Assembly: GCA_015660995.1 (NCBI GenBank)
Contig: JACTUC010000006.1
Coordinates: 14,565-78,564, forward strand
Direction of reading: 5' to 3'
Length of the DNA stretch: 64,000 nt
Origin: Candidatus Methanomethylicaceae archaeon
Lineage (GTDB): Archaea; Thermoproteota; Methanomethylicia; Methanomethylicales; Methanomethylicaceae
Both the position numbers and the translations under genes were made by a program. The notes below the pieces were generated by a model. That model was not told the origin of the DNA and made no database searches. It saw only the letters and a program-made list of their open reading frames with translations. Positions 9,247-19,247 of the stretch are shown here, piece by piece. Within the stretch, counting starts at the first letter, position 1. Each line of letters begins with the position of its first letter.

Positions 9247-11562
9247 TCACATATCCTTTTGTAAGGATGCTACAGTAGCCTGCCCCGTTGAAGTTCCCCC
9301 ATCCCCACAAGGAATGGTCTTATAACATAAGAATTTTTTATTATTTTTCACAACCTCATCTTTAATATATTTGAACAGCAAGGAATTCACTGCAGATCCA
9401 CCAGTTAGTCCTATCTCGTGTATACAATTTTCATCACAAACCCTACAAGCGAGCTTCCCAAAAGCCCCTCCTAAAGCATGGTGTACTTCGAAAGCGATGT
9501 CTTCTCTGTTGTTATGATGTAAATTCTCAACAATTGACAGCATGAATTCGGATGTGTCAAGAACATATTTACCATTCTGCTGTGATAGTGATAATTCAAG
9601 TGTGACTTTCCCTGGCCGACCTTTCTTGGCTAGGGTTTCCAAACGCATCGGCGGTTCGCCTTCATACGTTCGTAAGTGACATACATTAAGCAAAGTTGCT
9701 ATTGAGTCAAGCAGGCGACCAATGCTTGATGTTTTCAAAACGTTATTTATTTTTGATTGTTTTAATATTGTGTCTAATTCATCTAATCCCTGTTTCAAAT
9801 GTTTAGCATAATCATTTTCAAAAAGACCATAAATCTCATTACAGCCGATTGTTGTTGATAGGATTGCAGCTAGCATCCTTGCTGGATGCGTGGCACAAGC
9901 ATCGCCACCTGGCATTGGTTGATACTTTAGCTGCCCGACCCTCTCGAACTGCGAATAACCACCAAGCAGAATCTCGCCCCCCCAAGCCATATTATCCGTG
10001 CCATAGCCTACTCCGTCAATAGCGATACAAACAATGGAACTTTCTCGTGGTAGAGAATGGTCTGCCATAAGGGACGCCATATGTGCATGATGGTGTTGGA
10101 CGGGAATGTCTTTTGCTTGGTATTGATTGGCTAACTCGCGTGCGTACCTTGTAGTAAGAAAAGATGGGTTTAGATCATGGGCTATTGCCCCAAATTCTTT
10201 CTTATCATAGATTGCCGTAATGAAATTCAAGGCCCTTTTCAAATAGTCTAATGTTTCGAGTTCATTCATGTCTCCAATATGTTGAGTTGTCACAAGACGG
10301 TCTTCGACAAATAAAGATCCAGTTACGTTATATTCTCCTCCAACTGAAATAATTCCCTTAGCCCCTACGTTCCAAGGCATTGGCAAGGTCGATGGAGCAT
10401 ACCCTCGAGACTTTCTTAAGAACAGTGGTTCATTTTCAACTACTTTCATTACAGAGTCGTCGCAACGATTTATTATGGATCGATTATGTGTTAAGTAATA
10501 ATCAACAATATTTTTTAATCCTTCTTGTGCTTCACTGTTTTCAATATAGATTGGTTTGCCGGGATAATTGCCACTTGTCATTACAAGTGCATCTTTTTTG
10601 ATTTTATTGAGTAAAAGGAGGTGAATGCCAGTGTAGGGGAGCATAACGCCGATAGTGTCTAAGCCTGGCGAGACTGAGTCAGCTAAACAATAATGCTCAG
10701 ATTTTTGCAGAGTTATTATCGGATGGTAAATATTGGCTAGAAGCTCTTCTTCTACCTTGGAAACAATTGCAAAGTTTTTTACTTTTGCGATATTTGAGGA
10801 AATGACAGCAAATGGTTGAAATGGCCTAATCCTCCTTGTTCGTAGTTTGTTTACTGCTTCTTCATTAGTCGCATCAACAGCGATATGAAAGCCACCAATG
10901 CCCTTTATTGCAATTATGTAACCTTCATCAAGAAGCTTGGCAGCTTCACATAGAGGCTCACATGTGATTTGCTTGTTGTCATTATTCAATAAATTCAATT
11001 TGGGACCACATAACGGGCAAGTAATTCCTTGAGCATCATATCGTCTGTCCATAGGATTATCGTATTCCGCCTTGCAGTAGACACAAAATGGGAAGTCCAC
11101 CATTGCAGTGTTATCCCTATCATAAGGGAGTTTTCTTATTATAGTGAATCGAGGTCCACATTGTGCACATGACGTAAACGGATAATTATTCCAACGACTC
11201 TTTTTTTGAACATCTGTGATACACACATCACAAATACTGAGATCGGTCGGTATCACAGATCTAACTGTTAAACGCCGTTCCTTGCTTTCTGCTATAAAGA
11301 ATGTATCAAACTCCTTAACTATTCGCTTCCATTCGAGCTCTATTGCATCAATCTTGGCCACGGATGGTTTCTTTTTTCGTATGTCATCAATAAAGGACTT
11401 TATGTCTTGAACTTCGCCTTCGACTAATATTTCAACACCAGCGTCGCCAAGGTTGAGTACATATCCTTTTAGCCGGCGATCTGTCGCGATGGTATAAATA
11501 AATGGTCGAAAACCTACACCTTGCACAAGACCACGCACAAAGATGTGGGCTCGCTTTTGCAT
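9247..11562 (-). CDS. hypF: [NiFe]-hydrogenase maturation carbamoyltransferase HypF
   Basis: Acylphosphatase GLVQGVGFRPF, two Zn fingers, KGIGGFH, QHHHAH, DGVGYG, PCGDGG. Start placed at MQKRAH (11562) rather than 11679. Confidence 0.95.
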   Translation of the reverse strand: MQKRAHIFVRGLVQGVGFRPFIYTIATDRRLKGYVLNLGDAGVEILVEGEVQDIKSFIDDIRKKKPSVAKIDAIELEWKRIVKEFDTFFIAESKERRLTVRSVIPTDLSICDVCITDVQKKSRWNNYPFTSCAQCGPRFTIIRKLPYDRDNTAMVDFPFCVYCKAEYDNPMDRRYDAQGITCPLCGPKLNLLNNDNKQITCEPLCEAAKLLDEGYIIAIKGIGGFHIAVDATNEEAVNKLRTRRIRPFQPFAVISSNIAKVKNFAIVSKVEEELLANIYHPIITLQKSEHYCLADSVSPGLDTIGVMLPYTGIHLLLLNKIKKDALVMTSGNYPGKPIYIENSEAQEGLKNIVDYYLTHNRSIINRCDDSVMKVVENEPLFLRKSRGYAPSTLPMPWNVGAKGIISVGGEYNVTGSLFVEDRLVTTQHIGDMNELETLDYLKRALNFITAIYDKKEFGAIAHDLNPSFLTTRYARELANQYQAKDIPVQHHHAHMASLMADHSLPRESSIVCIAIDGVGYGTDNMAWGGEILLGGYSQFERVGQLKYQPMPGGDACATHPARMLAAILSTTIGCNEIYGLFENDYAKHLKQGLDELDTILKQSKINNVLKTSSIGRLLDSIATLLNVCHLRTYEGEPPMRLETLAKKGRPGKVTLELSLSQQNGKYVLDTSEFMLSIVENLHHNNREDIAFEVHHALGGAFGKLACRVCDENCIHEIGLTGGSAVNSLLFKYIKDEVVKNNKKFLCYKTIPCGDGGTSTGQATVASLQKDM

Positions 11563-11624
11563 TCCTTTAATTCCCCATAAGTTAAATATTATCAAAGTGA
11601 TAGATGGTGCGAGGTTTAATATAA

Positions 11625-12191
11625 ATGGTGGGATTACCGCCAACGCCTGCTGAGTTAAGAGCTTTGCGCAAGAAGGCAAACCTCACACAGAAAGAACTCG
11701 CAAAAAAAGCAGGAATGAGCCAATCATTAATTGCCAGAATAGAAGCTGGAGATGTTGATCCTCGCGTATCAACTCTTAAAAAGATACTAAAGGTTCTTAA
11801 TGATGTTTCTGAAATTAGGGTATCTTTAAAGAATGTGATGCATCAGCCCGTCATTACTGTTGATGCTGACGAAACTATAGGAAAAGCAGTTGATTTGATG
11901 TGGAAACGCGGAATCTCACAACTGCCAGTTATGCAAGAAGATCGCATTATTGGTAGTATAAAAGAAGAAACAATTTTAAAGAAACTCAAAGACGAAAATA
12001 TCAAAGAATTACTTAATCTTACAATTTCTCATTTACTTGAAGAATCTTTTCCTATTGTGAGCATTGAGACGAGCCTTGATGAAGTGTCAAGGTTACTTTC
12101 AAGCGGAAGCGCAGCAGTTCTAGTGAGTGAACATGGGCGCATGATGGGAATAATCACTAAAATCGATCTTATTGCAAAACATATGATGTGA
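11625..12191 (+). CDS. XRE-HTH + CBS-pair transcriptional regulator
   Basis: LRKKANLTQKELAKKAGMSQSLIARIEAG followed by two CBS domains. Confidence 0.9.
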   Translation: MVGLPPTPAELRALRKKANLTQKELAKKAGMSQSLIARIEAGDVDPRVSTLKKILKVLNDVSEIRVSLKNVMHQPVITVDADETIGKAVDLMWKRGISQLPVMQEDRIIGSIKEETILKKLKDENIKELLNLTISHLLEESFPIVSIETSLDEVSRLLSSGSAAVLVSEHGRMMGIITKIDLIAKHMM

Positions 12192-12203
12192 CTTATACTG
12201 CGT

Positions 12204-12219
12204 TGTGATATATATCACA
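12204..12219. promoter_or_regulatory. Perfect 16-bp palindrome TGTGATATATATCACA, candidate regulator site
   Basis: Read directly; intergenic, upstream of the 12342 gene. Confidence 0.5.
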
Positions 12220-12341
12220 GTGATTGTGAGAGAGTACAAGATAGTTAGTAAATTTTCGTGATTTATTGTCACTCACAACCAAAAACCTTAAAATATCAAA
12301 CACATCATATCATATACAAAAATACCAAAAAGGTGCCTAAT

Positions 12342-12950
12342 TTGGCTTTCTCTGAACGGACAGATAGGACAAATGATGAATTAAGAGGCGAATTGGCACT
12401 TATCAGACGCGATTTATTGGAAAGAATGAGAAGGCTTGAAGATTACATAATGGTTTTAGATTCAGACATACGAAGATTGGGTCTTGAAATACAAAGAATA
12501 AATGATAGATTGCAAGATATGCCGTTAGATAGATCAACAATACAAATAACAAAGCCAGAGATCATAAGATCTACATTACCTGAACAATCAATGATCAAAC
12601 CAGAACCTGAAAGCATGCAAGTTTCACAGATAACTCAAGCATCTTTGACTCCATTGGCTGCACAGGTTGTGAAGAATTTAGAAAAGAAGGAAGGACTCAA
12701 TCAGACAGAAGTAGCAATTATCAAGTATCTTATTGATAATCCTGGCACAAAGAGTGCAACTCCGATCGCTCAAACCGTTGGAAAAGCCAGGGAACACGTC
12801 GCGAGAACTTTGAAAAAATTAGCTGATGAAAAGAAGATCATCAGAGATGTAACAACATGGCCATATACTTATGTTGTACCTGAAGAAATCAGAAAAATTG
12901 TGCAAAGTCAAGCTACAGGAACATTTTCTCCGATGCCAAGTACTCAATAA
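12342..12950 (+). CDS. Coiled-coil + C-terminal winged-HTH protein
   Basis: Heptad-like N-terminus; C-terminal SATPIAQTVGKAREHVARTLKKLADEKKI. TTG start after AGGTG preferred over 12258. Confidence 0.75.
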   Translation: MAFSERTDRTNDELRGELALIRRDLLERMRRLEDYIMVLDSDIRRLGLEIQRINDRLQDMPLDRSTIQITKPEIIRSTLPEQSMIKPEPESMQVSQITQASLTPLAAQVVKNLEKKEGLNQTEVAIIKYLIDNPGTKSATPIAQTVGKAREHVARTLKKLADEKKIIRDVTTWPYTYVVPEEIRKIVQSQATGTFSPMPSTQ

Positions 12951-12999
12951 ACTTAAGCTTTGTGACGTATGATGTGATACAGAATTTACTATCACATTT

Positions 13000-13413
13000 T
13001 TATTTCTTATTTAAATCATTTATGAAGGTTTTAACATTGTTGTCGGCTGCAAAATTTATTATTAATTTGTATTGCCAACATGAACGGTTGCCTTTACGTT
13101 CTATATAGCCATTATTGTAAAGCCTTGTGAGGTATGTAGAGATTGTGCTCGATTTAATATTCTCACGATGTTGTTCTTTATATATTAAGGATATATCTTT
13201 ACTAGTGAACCAAGAGTTGTTTAGCTTGGTTTTTATCAGATCAGTGATCTTATCCATTGAAGTCTTTGTGACGGGTATTGATGATTGTTGATATTGATTA
13301 TTATCGAAAAGGCCAATGATCTGCAATAGCCGTTCCTTAGAAAATTGCCCACTTACAGCTACTGTGACTTGTTCCCCGTTTCCATCACAGAATTCTATCT
13401 TCATCTTCTTCAT
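13000..13413 (-). CDS. Small conserved-looking winged-HTH protein
   Basis: C-terminal WFTSKDI..STISTYLTRLYNNGYIERKG wHTH; short beta-rich N-domain. Confidence 0.75.
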   Translation of the reverse strand: MKKMKIEFCDGNGEQVTVAVSGQFSKERLLQIIGLFDNNQYQQSSIPVTKTSMDKITDLIKTKLNNSWFTSKDISLIYKEQHRENIKSSTISTYLTRLYNNGYIERKGNRSCWQYKLIINFAADNNVKTFINDLNKK

Positions 13414-13499
13414 AGACGGATCACTGAGTGAGCAGTTGTTCTCTCTACCATTTCACCAGTATATGAGCATATTGTGGTTAACATTAGCTTGTAAAAGAA

Positions 13500-14510
13500 G
13501 AGAAATTTCATGGTAATTATGGTTCAAAAAGGGGAAATTTCACCGTTTTTAGCTTTTTAAGCTAATATAAGGTGAATCACAGTGAATTGATTTATAAAAG
13601 GAGTGATTCACGCATCTGGAGTGGAAGTGAAGGGGTGAACTCTGAAATGTTTTAATATAAGATAGTACATGGTAATATCACAGTGGGCCTCATAAGCCTT
13701 AAAAATACAGTTTGATGTTATTTTATGATGATTCATTATCCAATGAACTAAGATAAAGTCACTATTATAAATGCAAAGGAAAATCAGCTAGATTTTTTTA
13801 GATAAAAAGCTCTAGGTTTAATGATCTGGAAACACCATTAAATGATTAACATCTCCATGATAAACATCTTCGATGATAGTAAAGTTTATATATTAGATTT
13901 CATGGTGATTTTGTGAGCACGAAATAGAGCAGTTTATAATGAATTATTTTGGAGGTGTTTGATGATAAAGTGTAATACTATATTTACATAACCGTTAAAA
14001 AATAGATGTAATTATACAGTCAAAAACTCTGTATTTGTGCGTATTGATTGTAATATACCTCTTACATAATTCTGAGCCTGATCCTATGTTTTATGACTAT
14101 TCTGAAGTGTATGTTTGTAGAATATTTTAATAGAGATAGGAATTTACACCATATATAATAGGCCAGACTATTGATTTTTATTTATTAGGTCTCTTCCATG
14201 AGGATTTCCACTGGAATATTCTTTAAACAACCATATAAAAAAAATAGAACAAGCTTTAAATAATGCTTCTAGAAAGCAGCAGAAAATTACTTATCCTTCA
14301 GACCCCATAATTTCGTTAGGAAGTTTATATCATTAATATGTTATATTCTTTCTTTAGAAAGAAAACAGTGTAAATGTTAATGTTAAGAACTTTATATAAA
14401 TAGATTACAGTCTAAAAAAATCGAGGTTAGACTCAAAAAAATGACAATTTATGATTTAACATAGCATTCTAGTTTTTGATAATGTTCAAAGGAAGGCATG
14501 GGGTCATGCT
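13500..14510. other. Candidate replication origin (ORB-like repeats around an AT-rich region)
   Basis: CTGGAGTGGAAGTGAAGGGGT (+13616-13636), TTCCAGTGGAAA (-14205-14216), TTCCTAACGAAATTATGGGGT (-14302-14322), GTTCAAAGGAAGGCATGGGGT (+14484-14504), all in about 1.1 kb of non-coding AT-rich DNA. Confidence 0.6.
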
Positions 14511-14537
14511 CTTATAATAGATGTTTTAAAATTACTG

Positions 14538-14846
14538 ATGATATTCATGTCCAATAATACTCTCGAAATTATTCAATTAATAGCACAGTATATTCCAAAA
14601 GAACAACGAATTCTACTTCTGAAAGATCTTCTCGAAGTACACGGGTCTATCTACAAGACTTCTAAAGTAACCAAGATCTCTAGGCCGCAGCTCTATAGTT
14701 ATTTGGCATCAGATAAGAGAAGTTATCCTAACGATCAAGTAACTGCAAGGATACTTGTTAGCTTAATGGATATAAAGAGGACTCTAATAAAAGATAGACT
14801 GCGGCAACTCTCAAAAGATTTTAATGAACTTATAAACAAGATATAA
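14538..14846 (+). CDS. Small HTH protein
   Basis: GSIYKTSKVTKISRPQLYSYL..YPND HTH-like segment. Confidence 0.7.
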   Translation: MIFMSNNTLEIIQLIAQYIPKEQRILLLKDLLEVHGSIYKTSKVTKISRPQLYSYLASDKRSYPNDQVTARILVSLMDIKRTLIKDRLRQLSKDFNELINKI

Positions 14847-15236
14847 ATAATTTTGTAAAAATAGTCATTATATCTTGATTTTATTAAAACATTTTTCTTA
14901 ATAACAATTCTTTCCAGTCATTTTTTTAAATATAAAATTTCTTTTTGTATTTTTTTTTGTTAAACGATCTGATCGTTTGACGGAAAGCTTGTATGTATTA
15001 ATATTATATCCTATTAAACTCATAACATCTTAGAATCAACAAATTATTCTTGCCCAATACTTTATTATAAGAACATAGAGAATTTAAGATTTTTAAATTA
15101 AATATGTCCTGTTGAGAATAAGGAACTATTTTTATCAATTCTTAATATTTAATTTGAATAAATTTTTTCAAATTCATACAGCAAGTTTATATTTAAGTTC
15201 GTAATAAAAACGAAAAACAGTAATAATGGCTCTCAA

Positions 15237-15644
15237 ATGTTTGGGGAGGATCTCGACACAGAAGTGAATCAGTCGTCCTGTCTTCAAGAAGAAAGAGGGA
15301 TCATAGGCAAACACGTCTATGGAAACCTTTATGGTTGCGATACCAAGTCGCTAAATGACGAGTCCGCTCTCAAGAATCTTGTTATTGAGGCTGCTAAAAT
15401 AGCTAAGATGACGATATGGGATACTAAGGTGTGGCGGTTTGGTGGTTCAAAAGGAGGATTGTCTGCCCTGGCATTGATTCTTGAAAGTCATATAGCTGTT
15501 CACACGTGGAATGACTTAGAATATGCAACTGTAGACGTGTTTACATGTGGCGAAAAAAGCGAGCCAGCGTTGGCATTTGATTATATAGTCTCAGTATTGA
15601 AGCCAAAATCAGTAACCCGGCATTTGGCCAATAGGTCCTCATGA
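15237..15644 (+). CDS. Pyruvoyl-dependent arginine decarboxylase proenzyme (AdoMetDC fold, crenarchaeal type)
   Basis: LESHIAVHTW cleavage motif. IIGKHVYGNLY, FGGSKGGLS and C-terminal RSS resemble the crenarchaeal ArgDC paralogue more than SAM decarboxylase. Confidence 0.75.
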   Translation: MFGEDLDTEVNQSSCLQEERGIIGKHVYGNLYGCDTKSLNDESALKNLVIEAAKIAKMTIWDTKVWRFGGSKGGLSALALILESHIAVHTWNDLEYATVDVFTCGEKSEPALAFDYIVSVLKPKSVTRHLANRSS

Positions 15645-15728
15645 ATAAATTATTGTTTTTTTATGAAAATTTTCTTATTTAGCAATTATTTCATAAATAG
15701 AAATTAGCGCTTTTGAAAATAGAAACAA

Positions 15729-16559
15729 TCACCCAAAACAAAACTCGCAGTATGGATCGCCATTTTTAATGCATTTTCTCTCAACCGTATTACCCTTCTT
15801 ATCCATCAATAAGGTTGCTAGACCTGTCAACATTCCTCTCATAAAACTGCTTTGATAACCTTTCAACTCTTTTGTGTTTAAACATTCAAAATTATCAAAA
15901 ACTCTTATATTAAAATTTTTATCTTGAGCACTTAAGATCTCAAACTTTCCCCAGCCAAGTAACTGAAGCTGTATTAATGCCACGTTGAGCTTATGCTGCG
16001 AATTGAGAGGTAATGCTTTTATTGGCCTCATTCCTTCTGCTGATTCTCGACCCATCATCCAAATTATCGAGAGCCCACCGGCCCCGAAGGTGTCGTATAA
16101 CGCTCCAAATAAATAACCCCAAAAAGGATGCGTGAATGCTGTTACAGGAATCTTACTTCCAACAACTTCTAGCATTAAAGGAAAGCTTTTTGTGTTGCAC
16201 ATTACGCCGGGAATATTGGTATGAATATATTCAAACACAACTAATTTTTGACCAAAAAGGCTACGAATATCCTTCTCTATTGTCTCTCTGGCATCGGTTT
16301 TGCCTGTCAGATCCAGTACCGCATAACATGAAACAGAGGCTTCGGTAGATCGATTTACCACCAATTGGTAAGGAACGCCTTTATCCATTAAAATTTTATC
16401 CAAGCCTTCAACATTGCTACTTTGGTCATGTTCATTGTTGACTGTTATATAGATTCCACAATAGTCCTTTTTTGGTTCATAGAAGATGTTGTCTATGAAC
16501 GTAGGATAATTCTTCTGTTCCTCAAGATGTTCCTTGCCTACTGAATCCAACGGTTCCAA
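15729..16559 (-). CDS. V4R-domain protein (N-terminal ACT-like region)
   Basis: LGWGKFE, DNFEC, SFMRGMLTG, ERKCIKNGDPYCEF. Confidence 0.85.
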   Translation of the reverse strand: MEPLDSVGKEHLEEQKNYPTFIDNIFYEPKKDYCGIYITVNNEHDQSSNVEGLDKILMDKGVPYQLVVNRSTEASVSCYAVLDLTGKTDARETIEKDIRSLFGQKLVVFEYIHTNIPGVMCNTKSFPLMLEVVGSKIPVTAFTHPFWGYLFGALYDTFGAGGLSIIWMMGRESAEGMRPIKALPLNSQHKLNVALIQLQLLGWGKFEILSAQDKNFNIRVFDNFECLNTKELKGYQSSFMRGMLTGLATLLMDKKGNTVERKCIKNGDPYCEFCFG

Positions 16560-16820
16560 ACCACCTTTTCCTAAACATCTTGGATTTAGTTTAAATTGAA
16601 TAATCTTGCTGGAGCAGTAAATTCTAACTCTTGCAAGATTGCTGTATTTAGTTATTGAACAGATACAATTAATCTTTTTGTATTGTCCAGAACGATTTAA
16701 AGAGATTTTGTATTAAAAAAAGGGGCGATTGATTATATATTTGATTCAGACATAACCTAATCTGAAACCGAGTTCCGTATGGTTGACAATTAAGTTTGCC
16801 TGATTCAAGGTGTTTATGGT

Positions 16821-17756
16821 ATGACCGAAACTGACGAATGGGTCCACGAGGATGACAAGAAGCAAGCAGAAGGCGAAAAAGATGATTTTGGACTATCTGC
16901 TATTAAACTAGCAGATTTATTGAAAGAAGTTACGAAAGTTGTTGATGTCACTAAGGGAACACTGCAATTACAAATGTTGATCTATCTTAATGATCATGGT
17001 CCACAGAGCGCAGAGCAAATATCAAAAGAATTAGGGAAAAGGAGAAAAGCTGTAACTGATGCCCTACGAAAGTTGAAGCTGAAAGAAGTAGTTAATGAGA
17101 TCGCTCAAACAAACGAAAGGAGCGAATCAGTCATAATGTATCAACTGACTGATAACGGAAAGCATTATGTCGAAAGCTTAAGGGACATCTTTGGAAACAA
17201 AGGTGGTTCGTCAATAACCACAAGCAGGGCTACTGGTTTCAGGCTAATTGAGTTGATTGAGGAGATTCCCCTTCTATTTAATACATATGACGCAATTATC
17301 GCAATTGGACTTTCTGGCAGCCAAGGTCTCTCCTCAAAAAAATTAGCTAATTTATTCAGCCTCAGTGAACAGCGAGCCATAACTTATTTGGACTTGTTTA
17401 CCGATGCTAAAGGAGCTACTTTGTTCAAGAAGAAGTTATCAGGTGATGGATCAAAGGAAGAAGTTCGATACACTCTATCAGATAACGGGCAGCGAATCCT
17501 AAAATTGCTCCCAATGTATAACCAGCTGAAATCTTCATACAGTTTCAAAGTTCTCCGACGCATTACCATGTCTGTACACCCGCGCCAGGTATATCTAAGA
17601 ACAGCAATCATAGCAATCTTTGGTTCAGTTATATTGTTGGTTGATAGAGTTGTGTTTCCTAATACGCCAATATTATCTGCAGTCTGGATTGCTTTCCTTG
17701 CTTTCCTTGCCGGGGTTTTAATCATTGATCAATTAATCGAGCAGCAAAGAGAATAG
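16821..17756 (+). CDS. Membrane-anchored wHTH regulator, ArnR-like
   Basis: N-terminal wHTH (ELGKRRKAVTDALRKL), second wHTH-like segment, two C-terminal TM helices. Confidence 0.7.
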   Translation: MTETDEWVHEDDKKQAEGEKDDFGLSAIKLADLLKEVTKVVDVTKGTLQLQMLIYLNDHGPQSAEQISKELGKRRKAVTDALRKLKLKEVVNEIAQTNERSESVIMYQLTDNGKHYVESLRDIFGNKGGSSITTSRATGFRLIELIEEIPLLFNTYDAIIAIGLSGSQGLSSKKLANLFSLSEQRAITYLDLFTDAKGATLFKKKLSGDGSKEEVRYTLSDNGQRILKLLPMYNQLKSSYSFKVLRRITMSVHPRQVYLRTAIIAIFGSVILLVDRVVFPNTPILSAVWIAFLAFLAGVLIIDQLIEQQRE

Positions 17757-17913
17757 CCCACTCCTGCACATTTTCTATAGAATTTTGCCTTTTATCGTCT
17801 GATCTATGAAAAAAAGTTCTTTACCTTGCCCATTTTTAAGCGACAATCAATCGCCGAAGTTACTCGACCTTATAAAACATTAAGAGAGCTTATGATCTGC
17901 GAGGAAAAACGCG

Positions 17914-18240
17914 ATGACATTCCTTGACGTACTCGTAGACGGCGAGATAGTTATCGAAGCAATGCTTGTGGATCGGGAAGGAAAAGAGGTAATCTACAAA
18001 GGTCTGAACTTCTCAAAGCGTTACCAAAACATTGCTTCTAATCTTATAGATCGCTTGCCTGGCATGAACTATTGTGTTTTAGCAATGCCTAATCGAAAAT
18101 ACCTCATAATTCCCGTGAACGATGCAAAATACCTTTTACTTGGACTTTCATTAGATGTGAAAGCAGAAGATTTCATTGTTCAAATAACTAGAACATTGAA
18201 TAGTATAGAAGCAATTGCAAGTAAAAAACAACTTGCATAA
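17914..18240 (+). CDS. Roadblock/LC7-like small protein
   Basis: 108 aa with alpha-beta-beta-alpha-beta-beta-beta-alpha pattern (EAMLVDREG..YCVL..YLIIPV..YLLLG); GAGG SD and upstream TTATAAA. Confidence 0.55.
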   Translation: MTFLDVLVDGEIVIEAMLVDREGKEVIYKGLNFSKRYQNIASNLIDRLPGMNYCVLAMPNRKYLIIPVNDAKYLLLGLSLDVKAEDFIVQITRTLNSIEAIASKKQLA

Positions 18241-18284
18241 ACTTATAATCTACTTTATAAAAAATTAGCTAACTACATTTTATT

Positions 18285-19247
18285 TCACATTAATTTGTAC
18301 ATTAGAGCATCTAGTAAGGTTACTGCCGCTACGAACGCAATAACAAACACCCAAATACCGGACGTAAAACTGTTGAAAGGGTACTGAAAAAGTGCAATTG
18401 CAGTTGCCCCTCCTGCGCATAGTATCATGTTTAAGCGCTTAAAGATGTTCTTTGGCTGGGACGAGAATGTCATCTTGCTGAAAAATTTGTAGGCAATAGA
18501 TTGCTTAAGCTTCGCATATGTTGGAAGCCTGTAGAAGTGCTGCATGCCATCATTTGTAAGCCCGTAAATAGTTTCCATCTTCTTTGTCTTAGATCTTAAA
18601 CCAAACTTTGACATCAACCTTACCATCTTAGGCGCATCAGTGTATTTTCTAAATAGCTTGGTTGGCCCGTTAAGATATACCTCAAGATAGCTCTCGGCTC
18701 TCTGTTCACTAAGTCCTACCGCTTTCGCGAGATCCTTGCGTGACATTATGTTCCCTTTTGCAGTTCCAAGAGTTAGGATCAGTTCCGACACTACCGCTGC
18801 CATTGGGAAAGCGTTTGCATCATTCTGCATCCCAAGAAACGATCTGGGAGAAGATTGGATAGCTGGACCATCGATAGTATTTTCCAAGGTATCACCACTT
18901 CGTTGGTAACCGATCTTTTCGCCAATGCAGCCTTTATCCGACCCAGTAAACTCTAACAAAGTACTGAGGCAGTTGGACCCAGAGTGGGTAAGTCTGTATC
19001 GCGATGATTTCAGATTTTCGTCCTCTTCAACCTCGTTTACAAGCCCTTTAACCCTGAGCTTTCTCATAGCATCAGTTACGGCTTTCCTTCTCTGGCCTAT
19101 CTCTTTGGCAATCTCTGCAGATGTTTTATCCCCTTTGTTAAGGGTGAGCATTATGTCGATCTGAATGGTACTCTTTGAGATATCGACCAACTTGTCTATG
19201 CTTCTCAACTGATTGATCCTTTCGTTAAGAACTACATAAGTTGACAA
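18285..19247 (-). CDS. Membrane-anchored wHTH regulator, ArnR-like (paralogue of 16821)
   Basis: EIGQRRKAVTDAMRKL, LSEQRAESYL and Y.xLK.S..(Y/F)K shared with the 16821 ORF; C-terminal TM pair. Confidence 0.7.
   Translation of the reverse strand: MSTYVVLNERINQLRSIDKLVDISKSTIQIDIMLTLNKGDKTSAEIAKEIGQRRKAVTDAMRKLRVKGLVNEVEEDENLKSSRYRLTHSGSNCLSTLLEFTGSDKGCIGEKIGYQRSGDTLENTIDGPAIQSSPRSFLGMQNDANAFPMAAVVSELILTLGTAKGNIMSRKDLAKAVGLSEQRAESYLEVYLNGPTKLFRKYTDAPKMVRLMSKFGLRSKTKKMETIYGLTNDGMQHFYRLPTYAKLKQSIAYKFFSKMTFSSQPKNIFKRLNMILCAGGATAIALFQYPFNSFTSGIWVFVIAFVAAVTLLDALMYKLM

Noticed and set aside
11563-11679. N-terminal extension of HypF in the ORF track
   Set aside because: It overlaps the divergent HTH-CBS gene; the HypF domain starts at the ATG at 11562
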